This document shows positions 29,880 through 40,125 of a DNA stretch of 64,000 nt, in pieces. The DNA lies in IMG/VR virus record IMGVR_UViG_3300032308_002092, positions 64,001 through 128,000 of that record. One strand, 5' to 3'. How positions within the stretch are numbered: the stretch's first letter is position 1; each line of letters starts with the position of its first letter. The DNA comes from a virus. Under the pieces are notes generated by a model. The model ran no database searches. It was given only the letters and a program-made list of their open reading frames with translations, and was not told where the DNA came from. A program made the translations under genes and the position numbers.

Positions 29880-31183
29880 GGAGCGTCCTTCTTATTATCT
29901 CGTCTGTTATTAGTTTTGCTGCCTCTTTGTGTATCACAGAGTTGTCGCGTGGCACAGTGGTTACCCTATCTATGGACCCACTGGAACTCAATAGCAACAC
30001 ATTCACCTGATCTCCATTGGAGCTTAGTTGTATTACTTTAGCGTAATGGTTTCCGTAGCTGCAGTAAACAAACGGAGAATCTCCATAGCCTTCGCACAAC
30101 CAGAAGTGCCAGTCGTCGCGAAGAAGAGAATTAGGAGGCATAGACACGTCAGGTTTGGTCTTAGGACGAGTGAACACTATTGTGTCTTCACCGTCTAGTC
30201 CTTTGATTGTCTTAATCGATGAATTTGCCATCTTTTATACAATGCCCCCTGAAGTAGTAGCCTTGTTTATCTAGGCACTCTTTTCTGTCTTGATCGATAC
30301 ACGACTTCACCATAAATAGAAACATCACAGAAACTAAGATCGTCAGCGCCAAGCTGTATGCAAACCTTGTCACGTAATTGTCCTTATCCATAGCCTACTC
30401 TTGTTGTGCTTTATTGAGATGGTCGGCAGCTGCTCTAGTCCACTCCACGTAGATTTGATCAGGGTACAGTCTGCCGAACCACGTTATGTCGCAGCCCGGA
30501 GTCCAGAAGTACCAGTTCCAGGTAGGGTGGTCGTTTAGCGCGTTGTTCCTAGCTGCTTTAGATCTGTTTGCTTCTTCTTGTAGCTTTTGCAGATCACCTT
30601 TTAGGTAGTAAAGTACTGCGTCTTCCATGCCTCTTATTGTTTCAAAGGCTTTGAGAACGTGTTTCTCCCATAGTTTACCAACGCCGTGTTGTCTATTGAG
30701 CATCAGCGTAGCATAAACTAAGTTCAACTGGTAGTGCTTGTAGACTGTAAGTGCCTCAATCAAAGCAAGTGGGCCTCTCAACCAATTGAGCAAGAAGTAC
30801 CATATGATGCGCCAGCCAGCAAAGTGCATCTTTAGCTTAAGGGTTGGGATACAGGCTATCAGCTGAGCAAACCCCAGTACTCCCAGCTTGTTTCGGCCAT
30901 CTGTGGACGACGGTGTTATCAGCCCACCAGTTTTAACTACGTATCTAAGCATAAGGATGTGGTCGATGGTTGACCCGCCAAGCATAGCACCTAGGAACAT
31001 GTCCCTGCTAGATGAGTTTGGGTAATCCTTTTGCGCTATTGCCGCTTCTGGGTTGCGCCAGACTCTGCCGTCTCGGTCAATGCACTGAGACACGTATAGA
31101 GATGCTTCGTAGTCGCCAACATGAGAAAACATCCCTGCGTATAGGGTGCTGTCGCCATGTACTTCTTTGTATTTTGGGTTCAT
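29872..31183 (-). CDS. Hypothetical proteins (29872..30231; 30395..31183, 262 aa)
   Basis: Clean ORFs; AGGAGG SD before 31183. Confidence 0.6.
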
Positions 31184-31252
31184 ATATCCTCCTACTCAGG
31201 GTTATACCGAGAGGGTGGGGTGGTGTGGGCGCGCCGTAGCAGTGTCAGGTGT

Positions 31253-31312
31253 AGACTCGTCAGTCGCGTATACAACGCGAGACCAAGAGCGTGGCTACTC
31301 TTGGTTTCGTCT
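31253..31312 (-). ncRNA. Type II hammerhead ribozyme HH-a
   Basis: AGAC-GAAA-CCAAGAG(8)CUCUUGG-UC/-UCGCGU(5)ACGCGA-CUGACGA-GUCU; GUC cleavage between 31281 and 31280. Confidence 0.92.
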
Positions 31313-31819
31313 TTAGCCAACCAAAGCCCTAAGGTGCTCTGGGATTGAGGAGAGGTCGAGTTGCTTTGCTTTGTTTTGGCGAGGGGTCTTAGCTGGCTTG
31401 CTAGCTACCATCTCAGCCCTAACATTAGCAATGAAGTTTTTCACTTCAACGATCTTAGTTTCTTCTGCGCCTGAAGCAATAAGATTCTTGAGTACCTCAG
31501 TTGCTTGCTTGATCTGTGGGTTAGTACGGCTACCAGGGTTTTTAGCTTCATACTTGCCGCCGCCGTTGATCTGAGGTGCCTTATTGAACCAGTTAGCTAC
31601 GACGCTAGAAGCGTAAGACCTGAGTGCTTTGTCGTCATCTAGCTTACCAGCCGAGCGCTGTGCCAAGACGACTTCGCCAGAAATGAAGCCTTCAAGCATA
31701 AGGCTAACGATCTCACGACGTTGCTCTTCAGTTACGTACGAAGAAATGGGGGCACTACTATTAAAACTAGAACCAAGGACCTGCTTAGTATACGTTACGA
31801 CCGCTTCATTTTGTTTCAT
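31313..31819 (-). CDS. Ribozyme-flanked paralog A (168 aa, unknown function)
   Basis: Shares RSY..S...NW..K.P..NGG.K...KNPGSR and C-terminal DLS.[IL]PEHL..LVG with 40126 and 43512. Confidence 0.85.
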   Translation of the reverse strand: MKQNEAVVTYTKQVLGSSFNSSAPISSYVTEEQRREIVSLMLEGFISGEVVLAQRSAGKLDDDKALRSYASSVVANWFNKAPQINGGGKYEAKNPGSRTNPQIKQATEVLKNLIASGAEETKIVEVKNFIANVRAEMVASKPAKTPRQNKAKQLDLSSIPEHLRALVG

Positions 31820-31843
31820 GGTAAAACTCCTATATAGAAACAT

Positions 31844-31900
31844 TGACTCATCAGTGCTGGAACCTACCAGCAGATACCCTTGGTATCGGGTATTTCGTCA
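31844..31900 (-). ncRNA. Type II hammerhead ribozyme HH-b
   Basis: UGAC-GAAA-UACCC(8)GGGUA-UC/-UGCUGG(6)CCAGCA-CUGAUGA-GUCA; AUC cleavage between 31873 and 31872. Confidence 0.92.
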
Positions 31901-33936
31901 TTAGTCTATTGCTGCGTAGTCATCTGGGAAGAAGGTTTCTTCTTCCATCTGACGGCTATTGAAGTCTAGCTGCTCATACACATCGTCTTCATAGTCGGAC
32001 AAATAGATATAATCTTGGTTGATTTGCACCGTGTTCACGACCATACCATCGGGCATAACCACGGTTGAATTAGGATCTTGTTGCGAAAGAATCTTAATGA
32101 GTTCTGAAACCAGCATATCAAACCTCCTTTATTTACTTGTGCATATTGATTCGGGAATCATGACCTGAGTGTTAGTCTAGTTCCATCTGGCATCGTCGTA
32201 TAGCTTACGTCGGATGGTAAGGCACTGGTCACTCTAGTGAAGGTTTCTAGTTGCTTGCCTTTACCATCGAACGATCGCGCGCAGCCTGTGCCATCACACA
32301 AGATGAATGAGTCTTGGTTGTAAGTCTGAGCCATGCTCTTCATCAAGTCAAACAACGACCAGCCTATGGTGTTAGGCGAACCACTTACAAGCCAAACATT
32401 CTCCATCTGATCTTTGTAAGATCCTCTGACGTACGTAGTTTTAAACCCATTCATCCTAATGAAGAAGCCTAGCTGCTCATGATCCTGCATATTTCTAATG
32501 TCGTCTTTGTCGCTTTTGTCTGCGGAGATCAGAGCGAAGATAGTATCTAAATCTAGTTTCATGTTAACCCCACTTTCGTTTGTTTGCTAAAACACAAAGT
32601 ACACCAAAGAATAAAGATATTAAGAACTTGAAAAAAGCATACTCAAGATTGCCGTTAATCAAATCAAACCATCCAAATACCTGTAGGAAGATACTTACGA
32701 TAAACAGCGCGATGGCTAAGTTCACTTGCCTCTCCTTACGATCAGGAGGATCGCGGTAATTATTTTCTTAAAAAAGTCAATCATCTTTCTCTCCTTCTTT
32801 TTCTGGGTGAAATTTATCGAGCACCTTAGCGAAGATCATCAGCAGCAGTACTGTTACTGCGAGCCCACCGATTATTGATATCGGTATCGCGACTCCAATA
32901 GCTATAACGTAAAGCAATATACTCATTAGCTAACTTCCTCGCTTTCCTCGTAGATGTACCAGTCATTGGGCTTAAGACTAGCTGTCTTCTGCTCATACTC
33001 GTGTTTGCCGTATGAATACGCGAAGGCTCTGCCGTTCCAAACTATGAACGGAGCTGGGTGATCTTTGTGTGAGATCTTAGCTCCCTTGAGGGCCTCAATC
33101 AATGCTTCTTCTAGAGTCATGATCAGCTCCAATCGTTAGGGTCTTTGTTTTTGCCCTTGACTTCTTCGTAGAAGATAATACAAAGCAATCCCACCATGAA
33201 GATGCCACCAAAGAAACCCGCTATAGAAATTGCAGCCATGAATCCTGTTAATGCTGAGTCCACGATATTACTCTCCTAGTATTTGTTGCTCTATTTGTTG
33301 CGTCATATATTTGTCTAACGTGAACTGAATAACATGGTTGTGAACATCTTTTACCTTTAGATAAACCGAATGAGGTGTTAGATCGCCTCTTGAATTCAGA
33401 TAGCAGTTCGCTACTAGCTTAAAGGAATAAGGGGTTTTTGGATGTTTTATGGTCTTAGATACTGTGGTGTACGACTTACCTTTTCGCTTAGCACACTCTT
33501 TAACAGCATAATGGTAGTGAGAGATAAGGGCGTCTAGGGTAAATTCGCTGCCTTCTACTGGACCCAGGCTTAGGTCTATGATTGTTCTATGCTCTCCAGT
33601 AACCGTAAATAAACACATGTTGCTAACCCCTACTCGTTATCGTTGAATAGTATTGGTTTCGGATACTCACTTAAGGTCTTGTGTCTCTGAGTAGAGAAGG
33701 TGTGACATAGAGTCCATCACCACAAGAGTACTCTGCTTGCCATACTTAGACACCATGTCTGCCTTGAGGGAGCGAAACTCAGCTCTACACTTCTCTCGCT
33801 CTGCGACTTCTCTGAAGTATTGTCTACCCTCGGCGGCCTCGTAGTAAGAGAGATCAGCTATGGATACTATAAATTTTTTGATTAGCTCGCAATTGTAGTT
33901 CATGCAACCTCCAATAAGATATTGGATCGGGATCAC
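31901..33936 (-). CDS. Run of small hypothetical early genes (31901..32116, 32158..32562, 32926..33132, 33268..33618, 33667..~33903 and several <60-aa TM peptides)
   Basis: Co-oriented ORFs, several preceded by the CCGA motif and SD. Confidence 0.55.
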
Positions 33937-34163
33937 CTATCGGATGGGTTGCCGTGGCCGTTATCGCATAAGTCTTCTCCACAGCCAGCGCCACCGCCAC
34001 ACCCATCACCATAACCGTTGCCATCGCCATAGCCATCACCACTAGGGCTGCAATTACTTAAACCACAGCCATAACCATCGCCGCTTTTCTTAATATAGTT
34101 GTCACCATTGGGTCTACCGTAATGGTAACCGTAGCTAAAACCATCTATTTCTAGAGATTCCAC
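33933..34163 (-). CDS. Gly/Asp-rich family member 10
   Basis: LEIDGFS ... PSDR. Confidence 0.82.
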   Translation of the reverse strand: MESLEIDGFSYGYHYGRPNGDNYIKKSGDGYGCGLSNCSPSGDGYGDGNGYGDGCGGGAGCGEDLCDNGHGNPSDR

Positions 34164-34169
34164 GATAGC

Positions 34170-34388
34170 TCACCAATCAGATGGGTAGTGATCGAACCGA
34201 TCTTCGGTGCCACTACCGCAACCATCACCATACTCATCGCTATGTCCATCACCTCTGCCATAACCGTCGCCGTCAGCAGTGCCACCACTTAAACCCCAAC
34301 CATCACCATCGCTGTAAGTATGACTATCGCCGTTGGCCATGCCGTAACGATCGCCGTAACCAAAAGCATCTATTTTTAGAGATTTCAT
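34170..34388 (-). CDS. Gly/Asp-rich family member 11
   Basis: LKIDAFG ... PSDW. Confidence 0.85.
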   Translation of the reverse strand: MKSLKIDAFGYGDRYGMANGDSHTYSDGDGWGLSGGTADGDGYGRGDGHSDEYGDGCGSGTEDRFDHYPSDW

Positions 34389-34408
34389 GGTTTATTCTCA
34401 GTCTGAGA

Positions 34409-34744
34409 TTAAAGCCACTTATTCAAGTCAGCTTTCATCACAAAGATATCCTTACCGAAGATCGTACCAGCTTCGTTTAGCACAGTCTCAGCCTGAGGAC
34501 CTTCGACGCACAGCTGGCCGAGACCCTTGGTCGTACCCCATCGGTGGATGTTGTAGGCGTTGTCAAGCCTGATTCTCTCGCTGGAGAGGCGAGTAACGAA
34601 GCCGATGAATACCCAACCGCGATCCATGACTGCGATGACTAGATCGCCGTTCTCATAGTCAAGCTTAGGCTGAGGTGCGCCTCGCAAAGACTCCTCAACC
34701 TGACTGTTGATTACATAATTACCGAATAACTTACTCTTAGCCAT
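34409..34744 (-). CDS. DUF6948-like phage protein
   Basis: VMDRGWVFIG...LDNAYNIHRWGTTKGLGQL..EGP, recognised from memory; own CCGATA motif and AAGGAGG SD. Confidence 0.7.
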   Translation of the reverse strand: MAKSKLFGNYVINSQVEESLRGAPQPKLDYENGDLVIAVMDRGWVFIGFVTRLSSERIRLDNAYNIHRWGTTKGLGQLCVEGPQAETVLNEAGTIFGKDIFVMKADLNKWL

Positions 34745-34881
34745 AATAAACCTCCTTTGTTTCTGTCTATATTTATATCGGAAATGATACTCTGTGGACC
34801 GTTACAATCCTCTTTCGCTGTTATACATCAGAAATACAATCGCAACAGTGAAACCAAGTATAAGTAGCGCAAATACACTCA

Positions 34882-35097
34882 TTAAGAAATCTCGCTTGCT
34901 TCTACGTATTGGCTGAAGATTTCTGGGTATCTTTGTACGTAACCGTTGTCTTCTAGGAAGTAGTACAGAGCTACACCAGGTGGTACTTCGTCATCGAAGT
35001 TGCTCCGCCAAGCGTAGTCTTCGAAGTCACTCGTAGTTAATCCCGTGACCTTAACACACAGCTTATCTACTTTGTTCATGTAAGACTTGAAAGACAT
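34882..35097 (-). CDS. Hypothetical protein
   Basis: 71-aa ORF. Confidence 0.55.
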   Translation of the reverse strand: MSFKSYMNKVDKLCVKVTGLTTSDFEDYAWRSNFDDEVPPGVALYYFLEDNGYVQRYPEIFSQYVEASEIS

Positions 35098-35155
35098 ACA
35101 AACCCCTTATTGAAGACACCCCATCGTTGGGATATATAATCTGGTTTCGGGATTC

Positions 35156-35350
35156 TCACCAGTCTGATAGATCATCGTAGCCATAACAGTCACCGTAGCT
35201 CTCTCCATCACCATTTCCATAGCCGTATCCGCTACCACTACCGTCGTATTCTGTAATGATGATGATATTAGGGCCTTCAGAGCCGCTGTCGCCGTCACCG
35301 TTATAGTGGCCGTCACCACAACCCCAGCCATCTATTTCTAGCTTGTCCAT
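35156..35350 (-). CDS. Gly/Asp-rich family member 12
   Basis: LEIDGWG ... LSDW. Confidence 0.82.
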   Translation of the reverse strand: MDKLEIDGWGCGDGHYNGDGDSGSEGPNIIIITEYDGSGSGYGYGNGDGESYGDCYGYDDLSDW

Positions 35351-35356
35351 TGCTCT

Positions 35357-35596
35357 TCACTTATCTGACGGGCCGTGATGGCCCTTGCCACTGCCATCTC
35401 CAACAACGAGATCTTGCCCCAGACAATTTAGATCATAACCATAGCCATCGCCATTAGGGAGGCTGTCTCCGTAGCCACAGCCATACCTCTCTCCATCGTA
35501 GCCATAACCATAGTTCCCATGGACACCACTGCCATCGCCGCAGAAGTAACCGTGAAAGCGTCCATAACCTAAGCCGTCTATGTCTAGCTTGTCCAT
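35357..35596 (-). CDS. Gly/Asp-rich family member 13
   Basis: LDIDGLG ... PSDK. Confidence 0.85.
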   Translation of the reverse strand: MDKLDIDGLGYGRFHGYFCGDGSGVHGNYGYGYDGERYGCGYGDSLPNGDGYGYDLNCLGQDLVVGDGSGKGHHGPSDK

Positions 35597-35599
35597 GGT

Positions 35600-35896
35600 T
35601 TATGCTTTACGCTTCTTCTTTTGGCCGTCTTTGATGGCCTGAACCTCTGCTTGGTCAAGCGGGACACCGTGGCGGTACCAGCTATCACCCCACACCGCGC
35701 CGTCTTCCCAGTAGGTTATAGCAGGGCTACCCTCACGATGTAACCTACCTTGGCAATACCAATACTCGGTGTCTACCTTGCCGTCTTCGCTATAGTAGAC
35801 AATGGCAGGGCCATCCACACGATGTGGAACACCCTCCTCCAGGTATCGCTCGGACTCTACCTTACCGTTTTCGTAGTGTTTCTTAACGCACTCCAT
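35600..35896 (-). CDS. MORN-variant / HRxDGPA repeat protein
   Basis: YENGKVESERY..G.PHRVDGPAIVYY and LHREGSPAITYW repeats. Confidence 0.75.
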   Translation of the reverse strand: MECVKKHYENGKVESERYLEEGVPHRVDGPAIVYYSEDGKVDTEYWYCQGRLHREGSPAITYWEDGAVWGDSWYRHGVPLDQAEVQAIKDGQKKKRKA

Positions 35897-35908
35897 AAAT
35901 CTCCTTGA

Positions 35909-36148
35909 TTACCAATCTGAAGGCATGTCATGATCATCACCTGAACCCCAGCCGTTGCCGTGGTTGTAGGACGTATCACCATAGCCAACACCATCGCGAT
36001 AAATTGGGTGATAGCCACGACCATGGAGATCACTGCCACCATTGCCCCAGCCATCCCCACTCGCCATGGAGTATTCACCTTCTCCCTCGCCGTTACCATC
36101 CCACCAACAGTCTGGTGAGCCGTCGCCATCTATGTCTAGCTTTTCCAT
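35909..36148 (-). CDS. Gly/Asp-rich family member 14
   Basis: LDIDGDG ... PSDW. Confidence 0.85.
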   Translation of the reverse strand: MEKLDIDGDGSPDCWWDGNGEGEGEYSMASGDGWGNGGSDLHGRGYHPIYRDGVGYGDTSYNHGNGWGSGDDHDMPSDW

Positions 36149-36155
36149 AAGTTAG

Positions 36156-36422
36156 TTACCAATCTGAGGGTTCTAAATCTTCCCCATCACCAGCACCATC
36201 TCCACCGGTGTCGCCACCAGAACCGTCGCAATAACCATCACCGCCGAGGGTGGTATAACCGCTGCCTCTTCCGTCGCCGGTTCCAGTGCCGCAGTCGCCG
36301 TCGCCATAGCGATCGTCTGGTATAGAGGGGCTATAGCAACCTATACCGCCGTCCCCATTAGGGGACGTTCTGTCTACACCACAACCAAATCCATCCACAG
36401 CGAGCTTGCTTTCTAATATCAC
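36156..36422 (-). CDS. Gly/Asp-rich family member 15
   Basis: LAVDGFG ... PSDW. Confidence 0.82.
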   Translation of the reverse strand: MILESKLAVDGFGCGVDRTSPNGDGGIGCYSPSIPDDRYGDGDCGTGTGDGRGSGYTTLGGDGYCDGSGGDTGGDGAGDGEDLEPSDW

Positions 36423-36434
36423 TTAATATGTCCT

Positions 36435-36668
36435 CTACCAGTCAGAAGGGTCACCCTCAGGCTGTATCTCATGGAATTGGATGAATGTCATAGAATCGGA
36501 TTTTGTGAGTTCGTGTTCGCCGTAGCCATAGCCGTCACCATTTGGTTTGGTTCTGCCTATGAAGCTATCTGGCGTTTTTACGCCCTCTCCAAAGCCGTCG
36601 CCATGTATCCTACCGTATTGACCATAGCCGTAGCCAACTCCGTCTACGATCGTCTCGCCTATCTTCAT
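36435..36668 (-). CDS. Gly/Asp-rich family member 16
   Basis: TIVDGVG ... GDPSDW. Confidence 0.82.
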   Translation of the reverse strand: MKIGETIVDGVGYGYGQYGRIHGDGFGEGVKTPDSFIGRTKPNGDGYGYGEHELTKSDSMTFIQFHEIQPEGDPSDW

Positions 36669-37134
36669 GGGTCCTCATATCCATTAAAGCTGCCCGCCAA
36701 GAAAAGCCGCCCGCCAAGAACGCTATTGAGCTTAACGTAGTTAAACTCTTCTTTTGAGGTTCGCTTAAGTGTTTCAAGCATAAATAGCTTCTTGGCTTCC
36801 TCTGATTCCATCACTTTGATACCATCTACCCAGATGCTGCATTCCGGACTACATATCTCTTCATACCCAGCCTTATATCCAGCAGCGGACACCTCTTCTA
36901 AAGTGAGAGGCTGGTCTTTGATGGCCTCATACATTTCTCGCACCTGTTCATACGACACTTCTGTTTTGCGATGAGGACCCCCAGTTTGTTGAGAGCCGTT
37001 CTCACTACCTCCTTGACCATTATGGGAAACCATTAGGCCCATCACTATAAACGCCGCCGCCGCACCCATTACTTACCCTCCTCTTTCTTACACAACACCT
37101 ATCTTCATAGGTCCTCATATCCATTAAAGCTGCC
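36658..37134. repeat. 37-bp direct repeat (36658..36694 and 37098..37134) flanking ORF 36665..37069
   Basis: cctatcttcatRggtcctcatatccattaaagctgcc, one mismatch. Confidence 0.9.
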
Positions 37135-37405
37135 ACCATTTACGTGGGGTGCGTGGGACACTTGCATGAGGATGCGGCTTTTCTATCTCAAGGTGCCGAA
37201 TGGCTACAACATCAAATAGCTCTATCCCATTCGTGTTGCGACCCTCTTTATCAACGTAAACACAGGAAGCAACCCCCGGAGCAAACAGCACCATTAAATA
37301 AAACGCCGGTGACCAATCAGCGCGTTCGTTGAATTCAACAAACGAACCCACTAGTCCGTTTCTAAGTGTGATCTCGTCCCAAGCCTTTAGTTTTGTAATA
37401 TCCAT
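36665..37405 (-). CDS. Two hypothetical proteins (36665..37069 with N-terminal hydrophobic segment; 37124..37405)
   Basis: GGAGG SDs. Confidence 0.6.
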
Positions 37406-37445
37406 AATGGCCTCCTTTTTATAGTAATTTTAATACACTAATCAT

Positions 37446-37755
37446 TCCCAAACTTCAATCTCACCAGTCAGCTCAACTACCTGAACCGGCTCACCTTAGG
37501 TATCTCAAATACAGAAACATCCTCGTCCCTTAGATTTTCAGTCTTGCCTATGGGAATTCTTATCTCATACAAAACCCCATCGCTACCTGTCACGCGAGTG
37601 TATCCACGTTCTTTCAAGCTTGAGAGCTGCTCCCTCGTGAGGTCCTCAAAGATTTCTATGGGCACAGGTCCTTTGTCTGTCAAGAACCCTTCTTCAATTA
37701 ACCGGTCAATTACTTTAGACATATTACAAACTACTCCCAAACTTCAATCTCACCA
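37446..37755. repeat. 21-bp direct repeat (37446..37466 and 37735..37755) flanking ORF 37477..~37722
   Basis: tcccaaacttcaatctcacca exact in both copies. Confidence 0.85.
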
Positions 37756-37951
37756 CTCCGAAGGGGTCTCCCTTAGTATCCCTGTCTCTTGTACCTGCAA
37801 AATGGGCACCGAACAACAGTCTAACATTACCTTGAGAACCGAAGTCCTCATCAAAGACTGGCAGGCTTCGTCCCATGCCTCACACTCCAACTACATACAG
37901 AACGAAGATCCCTATCAGGATGGCAGCCCAAACCCCAATTAGTATCTCCAT
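37750..37951 (-). pseudogene. Possible decayed 17th Gly/Asp-family gene
   Basis: Ends CCT TCG GAG TGG TGA (PSEW*), preceded by GGA GAC one base out of frame; no intact frame. Confidence 0.35.
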
Positions 37952-37964
37952 AGTCCCTATCCCC

Positions 37965-38440
37965 TTAAAGCAGGCTCAGTATGAAGCCTAGCACCACCAA
38001 GAACACCCAAAGCACCACAGAGTACAAAACAACAGTCAAGTACCATAGCCACAAAGCGGTCATCCCGACTATCTCTCTGAAGCCGGGGATAGACATCAAA
38101 CCGCATACTGCAGCTATAGCCAACACCAGTACGACCACCCTTGCCAGTAAGCGCCGCATAACCCCTCCCCATATCGTGATTCATATACCTTCGGAATATA
38201 ACTCAAGGGTCTGATGCCCACTTCCCACCCCTACTTAAACTTACAGCTCAAACCAGCTTTATTCAGGCCGTTATATCTATAGCAAATCACTTCGCTATTC
38301 TCTAGTCTGTACACACCAAAACCAACCGCCTTAGCTTCGCTAAAGCCATACTCACCGTCAACACCTCCATCAACGTTAGGCTCAGATACCCTAAAAGTAC
38401 ATCCGCTCAATACAATCAATCCAACCACTAGCACCTTCAT
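37965..38440 (-). CDS. Small membrane protein (37965..38159) and small lipoprotein (38231..38440, LSGC)
   Basis: Hydrophobic segments / lipobox; GGAGG SDs. Confidence 0.6.
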
Positions 38441-39470
38441 AAACCCCTCCCCACAATTACCCTACAACTATCCATTATCAATTCGGAATCCCATACCTTA
38501 CCTTCCCCAAACCCTGGGTGGAAGATATAGTAACCGCCGTAACTAACTTATAAACCCCTAAAATAACCTCTTATAACAACCTATACCCACCTATACCCAG
38601 TTATAACTACCTACTAATCCCTATACCCTCAAATACCCTAATCCCCTACGTAACTACTACTATTAGATACACTTAAGTGCCAAAACCTACCGTAACTAAC
38701 ACGTACGTATCACCTTAACCCCATACCATTCCCAACCAACCACCTATACCAGTTAGTAGCACGAAAGGGATAGGGAGTGGACTGGTAGAGTTATAGTGAT
38801 AATGATCCTCACCATTACTATAGGAAAGACATAAAAACTATAGTGATTTAACTAGCCTAGGGCGAGCCTATAGGCAGGTTGTTTCCGCCCACAACTATCC
38901 CTACTCTCGCAACAACATCTCTCACTTGTGGCCACGCCGCGGTAACCTATAGGGTTACAAATCACCACGGTTTTGCCCACCTATAGGTTTACAGGTCGGG
39001 TATCCTGCTCCCTCCTACCCTATCCCTACAGATACCTCCCGGGTGGTTTGCGTGTTGTCCTAGGGGTAAATCGGGTGTCGAGGAAATCATTAGGCTTTTT
39101 GGTAGTTGGGTTGGGAATGGTGCTTTCCCCTAGGGGTAAAATGAGATAGGTGGGTGGCTTTGTTGATATTGCTAGAGATTTTAGTTTCGGGATGATAGGA
39201 GTGAGAGAAGTCCTAGGGAGTTTTGCTCGTTTTAGGGCTTCGGGTGTGGGGCGTAGCAGTGTCAGGTGGTTTGGTGGGGTTGTTGGGCTACGGGGTGGGA
39301 TAATGATATCAGTGAGTTACGGGTGTTTTGGTGGCGCGAGTTGGTGCGCTTAGGGCTGGGGGTTTATATACACTTTTATTTTGTGGTCTTGAGTTGTAGT
39401 TGGGAGAGTAGGATAAGTAGGGTGCGAATTCAAGTTGTTTGGGGGTGGCTATGATAAGCCCGTAGCCCAA
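38441..39470. other. Largest non-coding region, with C-rich to G-rich skew switch; candidate replication origin
   Basis: C/A-rich 38441-38760, G/T-rich 39060-39460; repeated cctata, cgtaacta and cctaggggtaaa. Confidence 0.5.
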
Positions 39471-40012
39471 TCAGACTATATACTCTTCGTCTAGTGGCTC
39501 ATCGTATAGGTGAGCTATGGAGTGCCATGGTCCTGGGACTGTGAAGAGGTCTAAGTTGCCAGAGCGTATAGCGTGAGCCTTAGCCATAGCTTCGTCCATG
39601 TCAGAGTGAGAGGAAACTACCCACGTCACTAGGTTGTGGACTTCGGAATCCACCTTCACGATAGTGTCGAAAGTAGAGTGGTCGTACATCACGAAGTACC
39701 TAATAGGTTGCATAACATAGTCTCCTTACTTAATGGACAAGTTAATGAAGATGAGAGTCATTATCAACAAGAATATAGCCGCTGTGCCTGGATCCATCAC
39801 TCTGTCTCTTCCACGGTTATGGTGTAGGACTTGTCGTACTGGTCCTTCACTATGATGGTGCGCTTAGGTGACCTAAAGCTACCGTCTTCGTTTAAGTCCA
39901 TCTTTATCTCTACGTTCCTGAGCTTTATCTCAGTCGCCTTAGGTATGGCCGCAGTGATCACATGAGTGATATAGTCGCAGTATGCTAATCTCAACCCGCT
40001 TGACTTAAACAT
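39471..40012 (-). CDS. Small hypothetical proteins (39471..39713; 39797..40012)
   Basis: AAGGAG SDs. Confidence 0.6.
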
Positions 40013-40050
40013 AGTCGTTCCTCCTTATATAGGGGATGGTATCGGAAACC

Positions 40051-40113
40051 GGACTCATCAGCATGGCTATCAGCCATGGACCTAGGATCTCGAGCGAGTC
40101 CTAGGTTTCGTCC
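40051..40113 (-). ncRNA. Type II hammerhead ribozyme HH-c
   Basis: GGAC-GAAA-CCUAGGA...UCCUAGG-UC/-CAUGGCU(3)AGCCAUG-CUGAUGA-GUCC; GUC cleavage between 40079 and 40078. Confidence 0.92.
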
Positions 40114-40125
40114 TCGGTTACGGAC

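Noticed and set aside
6003-36129. Alternative-frame Met/Ala/Thr/Val-rich ORFs (6003..6212, 6213..6452, 35107..35331, 35857..36129) and antisense ORFs
   Set aside because: Shadows of GGC/GAT/GAC codon repeats in the Gly/Asp genes.
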